Assembly: GCA_964016885.1 (NCBI GenBank)
Contig: OZ024763.1
Span: 11,966,001-12,030,000 of the forward strand
From: Eledone cirrhosa
Taxonomy: Eukaryota
Length of the DNA: 64,000 nt
Reading direction: 5' to 3'
Shown here: one piece after another, positions 40,888 to 53,930 of the stretch
Position numbering within the stretch: position 1 is the stretch's first letter
How the letters are laid out: each line of letters begins with the position of its first letter
Position numbers and translations under genes: made by a program
Notes under the pieces: model-generated
What the model saw: only the letters and a program-made list of their open reading frames with translations
Database searches by the model: none
What the model was told of the DNA's origin: nothing

Positions 40888-40888
<1 letters not shown>

Positions 40889-42107
40889 TAGTATGTAGGA
40901 ACGAAAATAGGGCACTGGTCCCCTCTGGGAAATGGCCATGCTCAGTGTGTAGGAAAGGAGTAGGCAGAAACTCCATTTTATGTCCCAAATGCAAAGTAAG
41001 GGTGCATAAAAGATGTAGTGGGATCACAGGTAAGCTAACTAAGAACATAGATTATATGTGGCCGGTGCTCAGGTGCAATAAGTAGTAGCAAGTGCCCACA
41101 GGATACTAGCTCATTCCATTGCACATATGGTTCTATAGAAATAGTAGACACCTTCCGTTACCTGGGTGACAAAATCAGCAGTGGTGGAGGGTGCTCCGAA
41201 AGTACAGTAGCTAGAGTCAGAACGGGATGGAAAAAGTTCAGAGAGCTTATACCACTATTGGCCGCTAAAGGGTTCTCTCTAAAAATGAAAGGCAGGCTGT
41301 ATGATGCCTGCATACGAACAGCAATGCTACATGGCAGTGAGACTTGGGCATTGTGTGCAGAGGATCTGCGCAGACTGGAGAGGAACGAAGCTTGCATGCT
41401 CCGCTGGATGTGTAATAGTAATATACGTGAACGGCAAAGCATTAATGAACGAAGTGAGAAATTAGGAATAAGATGGATCAGATGCTGTTTACTCGAGAGA
41501 AGACTACGTTGGTATGGTCACGTGATGCACATGAAAGACGACGGCTGTATAAAAAAGTGCAGGGCGATCAAAATAGACGGTAGCCACGGAGTAGGCAGAC
41601 CCAGAAAAACCTGGGGCGACTTGATAAATTCCGACCTCACACACTTACACCTCTCCAAGACAATGTCACTGGACCGAGATCTTTGGCGCTATGCAGTAAT
41701 ACAGAAGACCCGCCTTGCCTAAGTACAAAGCGAAACCTACAGTCAGTAGGCACCTCTTAACCAAAATACACCCCCGTCCCAACCCTACCCCCACCGCCAT
41801 CTACACCACCCCTTTCTCTGTAAAATTATGTTGGTACCACAACATCCAGCCCTAAATAAATGAGGTCGTGTAGGTGTCACGACAAAAAAACACACAGTCC
41901 ATGCTGTAATGTGGCCATGTAGGTAACACGGTAAAAATCTCCCAGTCCACACTGTAAACGTGGTTGGTGTTAGGAAGGGCATCCAGCCGTAGGAAACCTG
42001 CCAGACAGTCCTATATGAGTGAGATAACCAATCTTGCCTCAAGTGGGACAATTCCCGTCTAAACCCATGCTAGTGTGGAAGATAGACGTTAAACAATGAT
42101 GATGATA
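40888..42107 (+). mobile_element. 5'-truncated RTE-clade LINE (ORF2 C-terminus to 41722, 3' UTR ending in tgatgat)
   Basis: WPCSVCRKGVGRNSILCPKCKVRVHKRCSG...(frameshift near 41058)...FRYLGDKISSGGGC...ARVRTGWKKFREL...MLHGSETW...RRLRWYGHV...GRPRKTW; the 3' UTR shares its tail with the SINEs. Confidence 0.9.
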
Positions 42108-42212
42108 ATATATATATATATATAAGAAAATGTTTAACCCACTCTACTACCCTAAGTATTGAGTACTCTGGTGTGTTATGGTCCATCTGGTTCCTTACCA
42201 CAACTCCTTCGT

Positions 42213-42245
<33 letters not shown>

Positions 42246-43086
42246 GCAAGCACGCATGTTAATATATATACACACACAATTTTGTTGGCTAAAGCCTTTG
42301 TTTCATCTTTTTAGTCATTGACCATGTCTCTGCTCCCTAAGTTATTACTGATATGACACACTGGTCAAACACTCAGTATCCCAGACACACTGACCTCTTC
42401 TTACGATATCATGTAAGTTGCTTAAACCTCAGCCTCAAACTTGGGGCCATCTCTAGCCTCCCACAACATGGCAGTATTCTCACATTGAAAGTTCGCTCTC
42501 AGTTCTGATAGTTTCATGCTTGGATTCTTAGACTCAACAGAGCCTAGTTAGAATGGTAGACTCAACAGAGCCTAGTTAGAATGGTAGACTCAACAGAGCC
42601 TAGATTGAATGGTCTGTAGTATCTGTTCTGGTTATCTACATTCTGGTTTCTGGTTTCTGGTTTCAAATCCCACCAAGGTCAACTCTGCCTTTTCATCAAG
42701 TACCATCATGCACTGGGGTCAATTTAAGAGTCCCCCCCTCCCCCTCCAAAAAATTGTTGGCCCTGTGCCTCAGTCAGAGGCCATTATTTTGGTTGTTATT
42801 TCATCCTTACAGGGTTAATAAAATAAAGTACCAGTAATGCATTGGGGTCTATTTAATCTACTTTCCCCTCCCCCCTAAATCAGAAACCTAGGGCGGTGGA
42901 TTGGCAGTATCGGTAGAGGGTCGGACGCCATGCTTTGACGCATAGAGTTACGGCCCTTGCCATTCTGAGTTCAAATCCCGCCGAGGTTAACTTTGCCTTT
43001 CATCCTTACGGGGTCGATAAAATAAAGTACCAGTAATGTACTGGGTAATTGCTGGCCTTGTGCCAATAGTAGAAACAATTATTATT

Positions 43087-43127
<41 letters not shown>

Positions 43128-43179
43128 AAAGTTATATTTAAATTGTTGGGTTAACAACGAGTAAATATTTATATATATA

Positions 43180-43284
43180 TATAGGGTGTCTCAAAAAATG
43201 TATACATACTTTGATTACCTATAAAGGCAATATTTATTAGAATGTTGTTGGAGTGTGTATACATTTTTGGGGGACACCCTGTAT
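43180..43284. mobile_element. Tc1/mariner-type MITE
   Basis: TIRs tatagggtgtctcaaaaaatgtataca / tgtatacatttttgggggacaccctgta with TA flanks. Confidence 0.75.
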
Positions 43285-44607
43285 ATATCCATGCTTTTGT
43301 GTGCACATCTGGATGTATGTATTTCTGTACACATTTGTGAACATATAAGAATGTATATATTTATATAGACACTTGTATGTCTGTGTGTGACTATGTATGT
43401 GTGACTGTGTGACTGTGTGTGTGACTGTGTCTCTGTGTGCATATGTGTGTGTGTGTGTGTGACTGTCTATGTATGTGACTCTGTCTATATGTGTGTGTGT
43501 GTGTGTGTGTGTTGAGCACACATTTATTGATTTATTGTAGAGTTGAATGAAATCTGTTTAAACACTGCCTGGCATCAATTGCTGTTGCTAACTTAACATC
43601 CCTTCACTCTGGTGGTGGTGGTGTTGGTGTTGGTGTTGGTGTTGGTGTTGGTGTTGGTGTTGTTGGTGGTGGTGTTTATGGTGGTGGTGGTGGTGTTTAT
43701 GTTGGTGGTGGTGGTGGTGTTTATGGTGTTGTTGGTGGTGGTGTTTATGGTGTTGTTGTTGGTGGTGGTGTTTATGGTGTTGTTGGTGGTGGTGGTGGTG
43801 GTGTTGTTGGCGGTGGTGTTTATGTTGTTGGTGGTGGTCGTGTTTATGTTGGTGGTGGTGGTGTTTATGGTGTTGGTGGTGGTGGTGGTGTTGGTGGTGG
43901 TGGTGTTTATGGTGTTGTTGTTGTTGTAACTGATGTTATTGTTGTTGATGTTGCTTTTGATGTCATTTTTATAGCTAGTGTTAATATTGTTGTCGTTGTT
44001 GTTGCTATACATCACATGACTACCTTTGTTGTTGCCCCCCCCCCCCCCCCACGTTGCTAACTTCACATTCCGGCTGTGACCCTGTTGCTATTGTTGATGT
44101 TGTTGCTATACACTACCTTTGTTCCCCCTCCCCCTCCATTGCTTCACATCCCTGCTGTGACCCTGTTGCTATTGTTGCTATTATATTACAGGACTACCTT
44201 TAATCTCTCTCTCTCTCTCTCTCTCGTTACTAACTTCAGCCCTCTCACCATACACTGTTTTGTTGTGGTGTTATTGGTGGTGGTGTTGAAGTGGTGGTGG
44301 TGTGGTGGTGGTGTTGAAGTTTTCGTGTGGTGTTATTGGTGGTGTGGTGTTGTTCGTGGTGTGGTCGTTTGTTGTTGGTGGTGTAGTGTTGCTGTGGTGT
44401 TATTGGTGGTGGTGGTGGTGTGGTGTTATTGTGGAGCTGTTGGTGGTGTAGTGTTCATATGGTGTGCCATAGGGTGGCGTTGAGTGGTTGTGTGGTACAC
44501 TGTGGTGTGATATTCAATATATAAAGCCATCTATAGTTGAGGAAGTAGTCACAGAGTCTGAGAGATTAGCTAGCTTCCTCTTTGATTCTACATACTCTGT
44601 GTACACG

Positions 44608-44776
<169 letters not shown>

Positions 44777-44879
44777 TTAATCTGTTCAGCAGATTGTAGT
44801 TTAATACACTGGTGTCAACAGATGACTTGATAGATTGATGACTGTGTTTCAGTGTACATATTTATATACACTCCCTTAT

Positions 44880-44913
<34 letters not shown>

Positions 44914-44919
<6 letters not shown>

Positions 44920-45104
44920 AATTTAATATAGAAATGGCTTCTACAGGACAAGAACTGTTTCATTCGAAGGAATTCATCATTTCCTTCGAATAAAATCATC
45001 TTCGAATGAAACAGTTCTAGTCCTGTAGGAGCCATTTCTATATTAAATTTGTTGTATACACGCTAATAATGTATTGACTTCCTTACCTACTGTGGTTAAC
45101 TCCG

Positions 45105-45108
<4 letters not shown>
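44914..45108 (+). mobile_element. PLE family B asymmetric palindrome
   Basis: aatttaatatagaaatggcttctacagga...ttcattcgaa is inverted to ttcgaatgaaacagttctagtcctgtagg...tattaaatt, followed by a tail. Confidence 0.75.
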
Positions 45109-45161
<53 letters not shown>

Positions 45162-45402
45162 GTCATGTAATTGAACCCACGACCTCACCATAAAGCTGTG
45201 TACCTTCGTGTTAACACCAAGATACACACGTGTACCTTAACAAGGATACCCACATGTGTACCTTAACAAGGATACCCACATGTGTACCTTAACAAGGATA
45301 CCCACATGTGTACCTTAACAAGGATTCCCATATGTGAACTTGAACACAACCAGATCTAGTCTATAAATCCTCAACTCTGCTCACCAGACACGTGCTACAC
45401 AA

Positions 45403-45470
<68 letters not shown>

Positions 45471-45473
<3 letters not shown>

Positions 45474-45652
45474 GAGCTTCTACAGGACTAGAGCTGTATC
45501 ATTCGTGAGAAATCATCAGGAGCTGCCTGATGATTTCTCACGAATGAAACAGCTCTAGTCCTGTAGAAGCTCTTCTATATTAAAACTTTTATACTCTGCT
45601 ATGTATTGAGTACCTTACTTACTGTGGTTACCTCCGATTCAACCCGGAATAA

Positions 45653-45655
<3 letters not shown>
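45471..45655 (+). mobile_element. PLE family B asymmetric palindrome with hammerhead core, in (TA)n
   Basis: Arms 45471-45520 and 45526-45575; CUGAUGA-UUUC-UCAC-GAAU-GAAAC core; tail 45576-45655. Confidence 0.8.
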
Positions 45656-45747
<92 letters not shown>

Positions 45748-45992
45748 GCGTGAAGTCTTTTCAGGCATATGCTGGCCAGTCGCCGAAGTAAATAACTCGA
45801 TATTTACATCTCCTGTGGATTTTATCTGAAGAGAACACGTTGACAGATGTTATAATACGTATATTATTACTCACCAACTGTACACCCCCCTCCACACATA
45901 TATATTTATCTACATGTGTGATATTGATGGATTCAAGAATGAATACTCAATACCTAAGTAGAGGGATCTGTCTTGTTACTCTGGCATTTAGG

Positions 45993-46034
<42 letters not shown>

Positions 46035-46127
46035 TGTATGTGTGCGTGCGTGTGCATACTTACCACATTTCTGGGCTGAAATAACCGTCGAAAGGGCGTG
46101 AGCTCTGCCGTCGGGGTCATACTTTTT

Positions 46128-46201
<74 letters not shown>

Positions 46202-46202
46202 A

Positions 46203-46392
46203 TAATGGAAAAATTTGAACAGGAACAAAACAGAGAGGCAGTACAACGAATGTTTATTAATTTCACGCTCTGGAGAGTGGGGTGGTGGTGGGGAGTGACG
46301 TTTCGGGCATAAGCCCTTCCTCAGGTGAGAAGTGTGTGGGAACAGAGTTCAAAGGGTGTGTAGGGGAGTGGTGGAGAGACATATAGCGAAAG
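46203..46392 (-). mobile_element. 3' end of another PLE family with a minimal hammerhead-like motif at 46296-46328
   Basis: Minus strand CTGAGGAagggcttatgcccGAAACgtc followed by AATAAA; (TA)n flanks; related fragment at about 22270-22345. Confidence 0.6.
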
Positions 46393-46404
46393 ATATATAT
46401 ATAT

Positions 46405-46637
46405 AAAAAAAAGTATGACCCTGGCGGCAGAGCTCAATATATATATATATAGGAAAATGTATGACCCCGACGGCAGAGCTCAAACGTTTCGACTGCTATT
46501 TCTGGATTAGTCCAGAAATAACAGTCGAAACGGCTTGAGCTCTGGTCATACTTTTTCCTATTACCCACTCTACTACCCTAAGTATTGAGTACTCTGGTGC
46601 GTTATGGTTCATCTGGTTCCTTACCACAATTCCTTTG

Positions 46638-46640
<3 letters not shown>
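46405..46640. mobile_element. PLE family A palindrome plus tail (with an extra fragment at 46405-46437; another at 46069-46129)
   Basis: aggaaaatgtatgaccccgacggcagagctcaaacgtttcgac...tagtccagaaataacagtcgaaacggcttgagctc...cctattacccactc...cctttgtt. Confidence 0.85.
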
Positions 46641-46684
<44 letters not shown>

Positions 46685-46741
46685 GATAAATCTACCAAGA
46701 GTTTACGGAACTGTTTCATTGTTTTATTCATTATTTGTTTA

Positions 46742-46785
<44 letters not shown>

Positions 46786-46793
46786 TATATATA

Positions 46794-46846
<53 letters not shown>

Positions 46847-47034
46847 ATATTAAATTCTATAAATTGTTTTTTTTTAGTCCAAATCCCGCCGAGGTTGACT
46901 TTGCCTTTCATCCTTACGGGGTCGATAAAATAAAGTACCAGTAATGCAATGGGGTAATTGCTGGCCTTGTGCCTAAAGTAGAAACAATTATTTATTTGAT
47001 ATTTCGTATAATAGATATTACTTCATTTTCAAAT

Positions 47035-47123
47035 TCATATACTCCAGAAAGCTGTTGAGTGCTCTGAATCAGTTATAAACATTTATATTTGTTGAATTAC
47101 CAACAAATTGAATATCCCTTCTG

Positions 47124-47157
<34 letters not shown>

Positions 47158-47377
47158 AAAGTTCTATTTAAAGTTGTTGGGATACAACAAGTAAATATCC
47201 AGACAGCCTCCAAAAACAATGGTTGCATTTTAATAGGGTACGTCAAAGCTATTTGTAAAACTGTTATATATTGTATTTTGTCTGATGAAGGCACACCATA
47301 ATTTAATGTGGTATCCCTGAAATATGTATAATGAAATAAATATGATTTTATAAATATAGTTTCCATTTATTAATATC

Positions 47378-47380
<3 letters not shown>
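47035..47380 (+). mobile_element. PLE family C pieces: tail at 47035-47126, then inverted tail end plus pLTR with hammerhead at 47274-47338
   Basis: Homologous to 18414-18682; tattttgtCTGATGAaggcacaccat...gtggtatccctGAAAtatgtataatgaaata. Confidence 0.8.
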
Positions 47381-47431
<51 letters not shown>

Positions 47432-47504
47432 CAGTTTAAATATATATATATATATATATATATGTTGCAGTTTAAATATATATATATATATATATATGTT
47501 GCAG

Positions 47505-47535
<31 letters not shown>

Positions 47536-47548
47536 TGCAGTTTAAATA

Positions 47549-47612
<64 letters not shown>

Positions 47613-47682
47613 CAGTTTAAATATATATATATATATATATATACTGCAGTTTAAATACACTATATATATATATATATATACA

Positions 47683-47779
<97 letters not shown>

Positions 47780-47807
47780 TGTGTATATATATATATATAT
47801 ATATATA

Positions 47808-47903
<96 letters not shown>

Positions 47904-48424
47904 CACATGTATATATAGTGTATATATTCAGCTCTAGGATTGCCTTAGAAAACAGTTATTTTCCTTCTTTACTGTTTCTCTTTGATCTTTACAAATTTGG
48001 CTTTAGTCATCTTAATCTTTTATTTCATCTACTGTATATATATATATTCTTTATATTTCTATATATTGGATGTGGGGTGTGTATATATATTTATATACAT
48101 ATTTTTTCTATCTATATAAATAGTGTGTGTATATGTGTGTGTGTATGTATGTATGTATGTGTGTATATATATATTTATATATTTATATCTATATTTTTTT
48201 CTATCTATATATATAGTGTGTGTGTATATATATATATATGTACTGTATGTGCTTGTGTGTATATATATATATATATATATGTATATGTATATTTTTTCTA
48301 TCGATATAAATAGTGTGTGTATATATATATATATATATATATGAGTGCGTGTGTATGTATATATGTATGTATATATATATATGGATGTGGATGTGTGGGC
48401 ATATATATATATATATATGTGTGG

Positions 48425-48460
<36 letters not shown>

Positions 48461-48784
48461 ATGTGTGTACATAGTTTAAGAGTGATGTGTAGGAGGTGGA
48501 AGTGGTGTGTCGAAGGCATTAAAGAATCTATGATAGCGAAGACATATAGAAAGATGTTATTCAAAGAGAATCTTCCAGATCATTCCATAGAGAAGAAAGC
48601 TTCAAAAGTCTTTCATTCTCTCTCTCTCTCTCTCTCCCTCTATACATACATAATATATCATCATCGTTTATCTTCCATGCTGCCATTATATATATATATG
48701 TATATATACACACACACACACACACATCGTATATCATCATCATTAACGTCCATCTTCCATGTTACCATTATATATATACATACA

Positions 48785-49195
48785 TGGTGGCTGCCAACTC
48801 GTTTTCGAGTACGGCCACTACTTTATATCCATGTAGGAGAACCCCTACCGATGCGCTGAACGAGTGTGACTTTTTAGTCCAGCCAGCGACTTGAAAACTC
48901 TGGTACAAACACTACACTTCTGACAATTATTGACACATAGTGCTGGGCCCATGGTACCATGTGATGACAAGTGCAGAGAGATCTCCAGATATAAAGCAAT
49001 GCCTGTGCCGTGAAGCTTTTATAGTGAGCGAAGGCTCTGCACAAAGCCAGTCCCACTCTCTTAACCAAGATGATATTTACCAAAAAGAACAAGTCAACAT
49101 CATTGGATACCATCAGGGTTGCAGGTGTTATATAAGAGTTTTCCTTCTCCTAGAATTCTGCCTTGACAAAGGCTAAGGGGTCATCTCTCCCGGAT
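48785..49195 (-). mobile_element. Non-autonomous bipartite RTE-derived element
   Basis: Minus strand has the RTE 5'-UTR-like motif, then a terminal C2H2 remnant CSVCTRVFKSLAGLKSHTRSAHR and a short 3' end. Confidence 0.7.
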
Positions 49196-49270
49196 ATATA
49201 TATATATATACATACACACACACACACATTATATATCATCATCATTAACGTCCATCTTCCATGCTACCAT

Positions 49271-49305
<35 letters not shown>

Positions 49306-49320
49306 TCACACACATTATAT

Positions 49321-49707
49321 ATCATCATCACCGTTTTACGTCCGTTCTTCCACGCTAGCATGGGCTAGACAGGTTGTCCTGCTGTGGGCAATGCCAGGTC
49401 GGGTGACCTTGTCTTGCTCATACGGGAACTAATTCTGGCTTGATTTCTACAGCTGGATGCCCTTCCTAACACCAACCTCATTTACAGTTAGTGCTGGGTG
49501 CTTTTTTGCCGTGGCACCTCCACGACCACTTTGCAGTGGCATGATGGGGACCAGAGTCGCTATCATCTCATTTCTACAGCTGAGTAAACTGGAGCAATGT
49601 GAAATAAAGTGTCTTGCTCAAGGAAACAACACATCACCCGGTCTGAGAATTGAACTCACAACCTTTCGATTGCAAGGTCAATGCTCTAACCACTAACCCA
49701 TGTGCCT

Positions 49708-49709
<2 letters not shown>
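49321..49709 (-). mobile_element. tRNA-derived SINE with RTE-type tail
   Basis: Same family as 745-1157. Confidence 0.85.
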
Positions 49710-49797
<88 letters not shown>

Positions 49798-50072
49798 ATT
49801 TATAATGTGTGTGTGTGTAAGTATGTAGATTACTATTGCTTCCTTTTTTATGCTTTGTGGTATTGACTCTGATGTGGGTGGATATATATTTGTGTGTGCT
49901 ATCACACACACCCACACCACACACAACACAACCACACCACACAAATAACAGAAAGAAAAAGAGTCAATGCATCCAGTAACCCCCACCCCCCGCCTTTTTT
50001 TATTATTAAATTCAAACCTGAAGATTCAGCCTGTTGCTAATCTGAACCCATTGCATGCGTGTGCACACTCAT

Positions 50073-50171
<99 letters not shown>

Positions 50172-50727
50172 TATGCACACCATATACTAAACAATTCTGA
50201 AATAGACTTGCGGAAAATCATCTAAATTATTATTCATCATCTCATACTGATATTTTTTCTCCCATTTATTTTGATCTGCACATCCTCTAGGAGTTTGATT
50301 GAAATTCTAAATTATTTATAATCCTGTCAACACACACACACATATATATGTTTGTGTTTATATATATTTATATACTCCTATATATATATATATATATGTG
50401 TATATATCTGTATGTATGTGCCGAATATTCTAAGAAATTATGAAACAAACAACTTTAAAAGCATATAAATTATTCACCATCATCTTATAGCCAGTGTTTT
50501 TATAACATTTATTTTGATCTGTACATCCCCTAGGTGTTTGATTTCACTTCTAAAATATTCGTAATCTTGTCCTAAAAGCTATACAGTGTTTTTTATCCAT
50601 TATTTCCATTAAGCTGCTGTTTAGAACACAAGAAGAACAACAAATACAAACATAAATTAAAATAAGTTCTTACCTAAAATTATAATGGAAGGTTTTAATT
50701 TAGATATGAACACTTTAAAATGGACAG

Positions 50728-51342
50728 TTATATTGTAGAATAGGGGAGGTTTTAGTTGGGCTGGTATTATATTGTAGAATAGGGGAGATTTTAATTGGAC
50801 TGGTATCTATAAATGGACACTTATATTGTAGAAACAGGGGTGATTTCAGGTGGGCTGGTATTATATTGTAGAACCTGGGGTGATTTCAGGTGGGCTGGTA
50901 TTATATTGTAGAACCTGGGGTGATTTCAGGTGGGCTGGTATTATATTGTAGAACCAGGGGTGATTTCAGGTGGGTTGGTATTATATTGTAGAACCAGGGG
51001 TAGTTTCAGGTGGGTTGGTATTATATTGTAGAACCAGGGGTAGTTTCAGGTGGGTTAGTATTATATTGTAGAACCAGGGGTAATTTCAGGTGGGTTAGTA
51101 TTATATTGTAGAACCAGGGGTAATTTCAGGTGGGCTGGTATTATATTGTAGAACCAGGGGTAATTTCAGGTGGGCTGGTATTATATTGTAGAACCAGGGG
51201 TAGTTTCAGGTGGGTTGGTATTATATTGTAGAACCAGGGGTGATTTCAGGTGGGCTGGTATTATATTGTAGAACCAGGGGTAATTTCAGGTGGGCTGGTA
51301 TTATATTGTAGAACCAGGGGTAATTTCAGGTGGGTTGGTATC
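50728..51342. repeat. 40-bp minisatellite, about 15 copies, probably MITE-derived
   Basis: Unit ttatattgtagaaccaggggtgatttcaggtgggctggta; its reverse complement resembles the subterminal MITE sequence at about 10235-10275. Confidence 0.85.
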
Positions 51343-51540
51343 AATGGGTGAGAAATGCTGAAAGTATTTGTTTTACTCTATCAGTTCGAATTCTGATGTG
51401 GATGTGTATGGTACGAGTTCAAATCCCACCCCCTTCTGGCAGGAGTTGTGACTGGCAGACATTATCAACAATAAAAAGGACCATCTGACAATCAGCTCCT
51501 TCCCTTTCTTATAACAAGTGAAAAGCAGGGTTTTATTAAT

Positions 51541-52062
51541 CGGGTCGTTGGCGATTAAACTGGCAACCCCACCAAGGTTTCTTGGTGAGGAGGGTGACTT
51601 TGGACATCCTGCAGGACTAAAAACTCTTAAGAGTCAATGGCCATGCAAAATCACCGGGAGAGATGACCCCTTAGCCTTTGTCAAGGCAGAATTCTAGGAG
51701 AAGGAAAACTCTGATATAACACCTGCAACCCTGATGGTATCCAATGATGTTGACTTGTTCTTTTTGGTAAATATCATCTTGGTTAAGAAAGTGGGACTGG
51801 CTTTGTGCAGTGCCTTTGCTCACTATAAAAGCTTCACAGCACAGGCATTGCTTTATATCTGGAGATCTCTCTGCACTTGTCGTCACATGGTACCATGGGC
51901 CCAGCACTATGTGTCAATAATTGTCACAAGTATAGTGTTTGTACCAGAGTTTTCAAGTCGCTGGCTGGACTAAAAAGTCACACTCGTTCAGCGCATCGGT
52001 AAGGGTTCTCCTACATGGATATAAAGTAGTGGCCGTACTCGAAAACGAGTTGGCAGCCACCA
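51541..52062 (+). mobile_element. Non-autonomous RTE-derived element with an inverted 5' segment
   Basis: 51541-51636 is the reverse complement of 27961-28081 (with an internal deletion); the rest is collinear with 28144-28425 and continues to the 3' end. Confidence 0.75.
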
Positions 52063-52459
52063 TATATATGATCAACAGACATACACAATGTATGTGTATT
52101 TGGATAAAGAAAGCTATCCTTGACTGTAACTCTGCTACTTGGTGTATTTCAGTGCAGAGAAGCAACAACAAGAGTAAGAACAACACTACCACCACCTTCA
52201 CCACAATCACTACTACCACAACCACTACTACCCCCTTCACCACCACTGCTACCACCACCACCACCACCATAGTAATGGTGGTGCCAGTCAGCTACAGAAA
52301 GAAAGGTTGTTGGAAGCAGTGGAAGAAATCTGCTGTTTAGTTGGAACTATATTCACAGTTGTATCTCGTGTGTGTGTGTCTGTGTCTATGTATGTGTCAG
52401 TGCGTGTGTGTGTCTATGTATGTGTTAGTGCGTGTGTCTGTGTGTCTATGTATGTGTTA

Positions 52460-52506
<47 letters not shown>

Positions 52507-52833
52507 TGTGTGTCTATGTATGTGTTAGTGCGTGTGTGTGTCTGTGTGTCTATGTATGTGTTAGTGCGTGTGTGTGTGTCTGTGTGTCTATGTATGTGTT
52601 AGTGCGTGTGTGTGTGTGTCTATCTATCTCTGTGTGTTTGTTTGTATGTTTATATGTGTCTGTGTGTGTGTCTATGTATGTGTATGTGTCTGTGTGTGTC
52701 TATATGTGTGTATGTGTACCCATAATTGTTTCTGTCTGTACATCTGTTTGTCTGGAACTATATTCACAATTATAGCTTGTGTGTGTTTCTTTCTTCATCT
52801 GTGTGTGACTATATATATATGTGTATATAAATA

Positions 52834-52870
<37 letters not shown>

Positions 52871-52877
52871 GTTTGTG

Positions 52878-52910
<33 letters not shown>

Positions 52911-53308
52911 ATTTGTCTGGCTTGGCTCTTCTATTCACTTACTACCTTCCCTCCCTCAATACAACACATTCCCCCATTTCCTTTCTCTTAGTTTTCCTTG
53001 GTTCATTCCTTCTCTCTCTCCCTCTCACACACTCTTTCTCACTCTTTCTTTCTTTCTTTCTCTCACACACTCTCACTCTTTCTTTCTCTCTCACTCTCAC
53101 TCACTCACTCACTCTCACTCACTCACTCACTTTCTCACTCTCTCACATATAAATATGTACACTTATCAAACCACCCCTGCCCACACAACCACCACCCTCA
53201 TCTTTTCAATACCAAAGCTTTCTTCCTTTCCTGGTGCACTCTCACTTTCTTTCTCTCCCTTTCTCATTCACATACACACACATTACTCATCTGCACACAA
53301 GCTCACTG

Positions 53309-53386
<78 letters not shown>

Positions 53387-53552
53387 ACTGCTACCTTTTC
53401 ACTACCACACCATTCTTCTCTCTCTGTCTCTCTGATACACAAACATAGCCGCCACCACCACCAGACTCTCCCCCTCTCTCTCAGTTATCTCCCTTTCTTA
53501 CATTCCAATGCCATCTCCTGTGAGGTGAGACACATTCCTTCAGCCAAGTGTG

Positions 53553-53588
<36 letters not shown>

Positions 53589-53810
53589 AACCTGACCTAG
53601 TCAGTGGTGTATATATTGAGTTATTATAATGGTGATGGTTGTTTGTGCGTGTATCATGTTGTGGTGGTAGTCACGTATGTATGTGTATAGATATATGTAT
53701 GTATGTATGTGTGTGTATGTATGTATGTATGTATGTATGTGTATGTGTGTGTATGTATGTGTATATATATGTATGTGTATGTATGTATGTATGTATGTAT
53801 ATATATATAT

Positions 53811-53925
53811 GGAGGCACATGGCTCAGTGGTTAGAGCATTGGCCTTGCAATCGAAAGGTTGTGAGTTCAATTCTCAGACCAGGTGATGTGTTGTTTCCTT
53901 GAGCAAGACACTTTATTTCACATTT
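53811..53925 (+). mobile_element. tRNA-derived SINE 5' part
   Basis: ggaggcacatggctcagtggttagagc...ttgagcaagacactttatttcaca. Confidence 0.8.
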
Positions 53926-53930
53926 CACAT

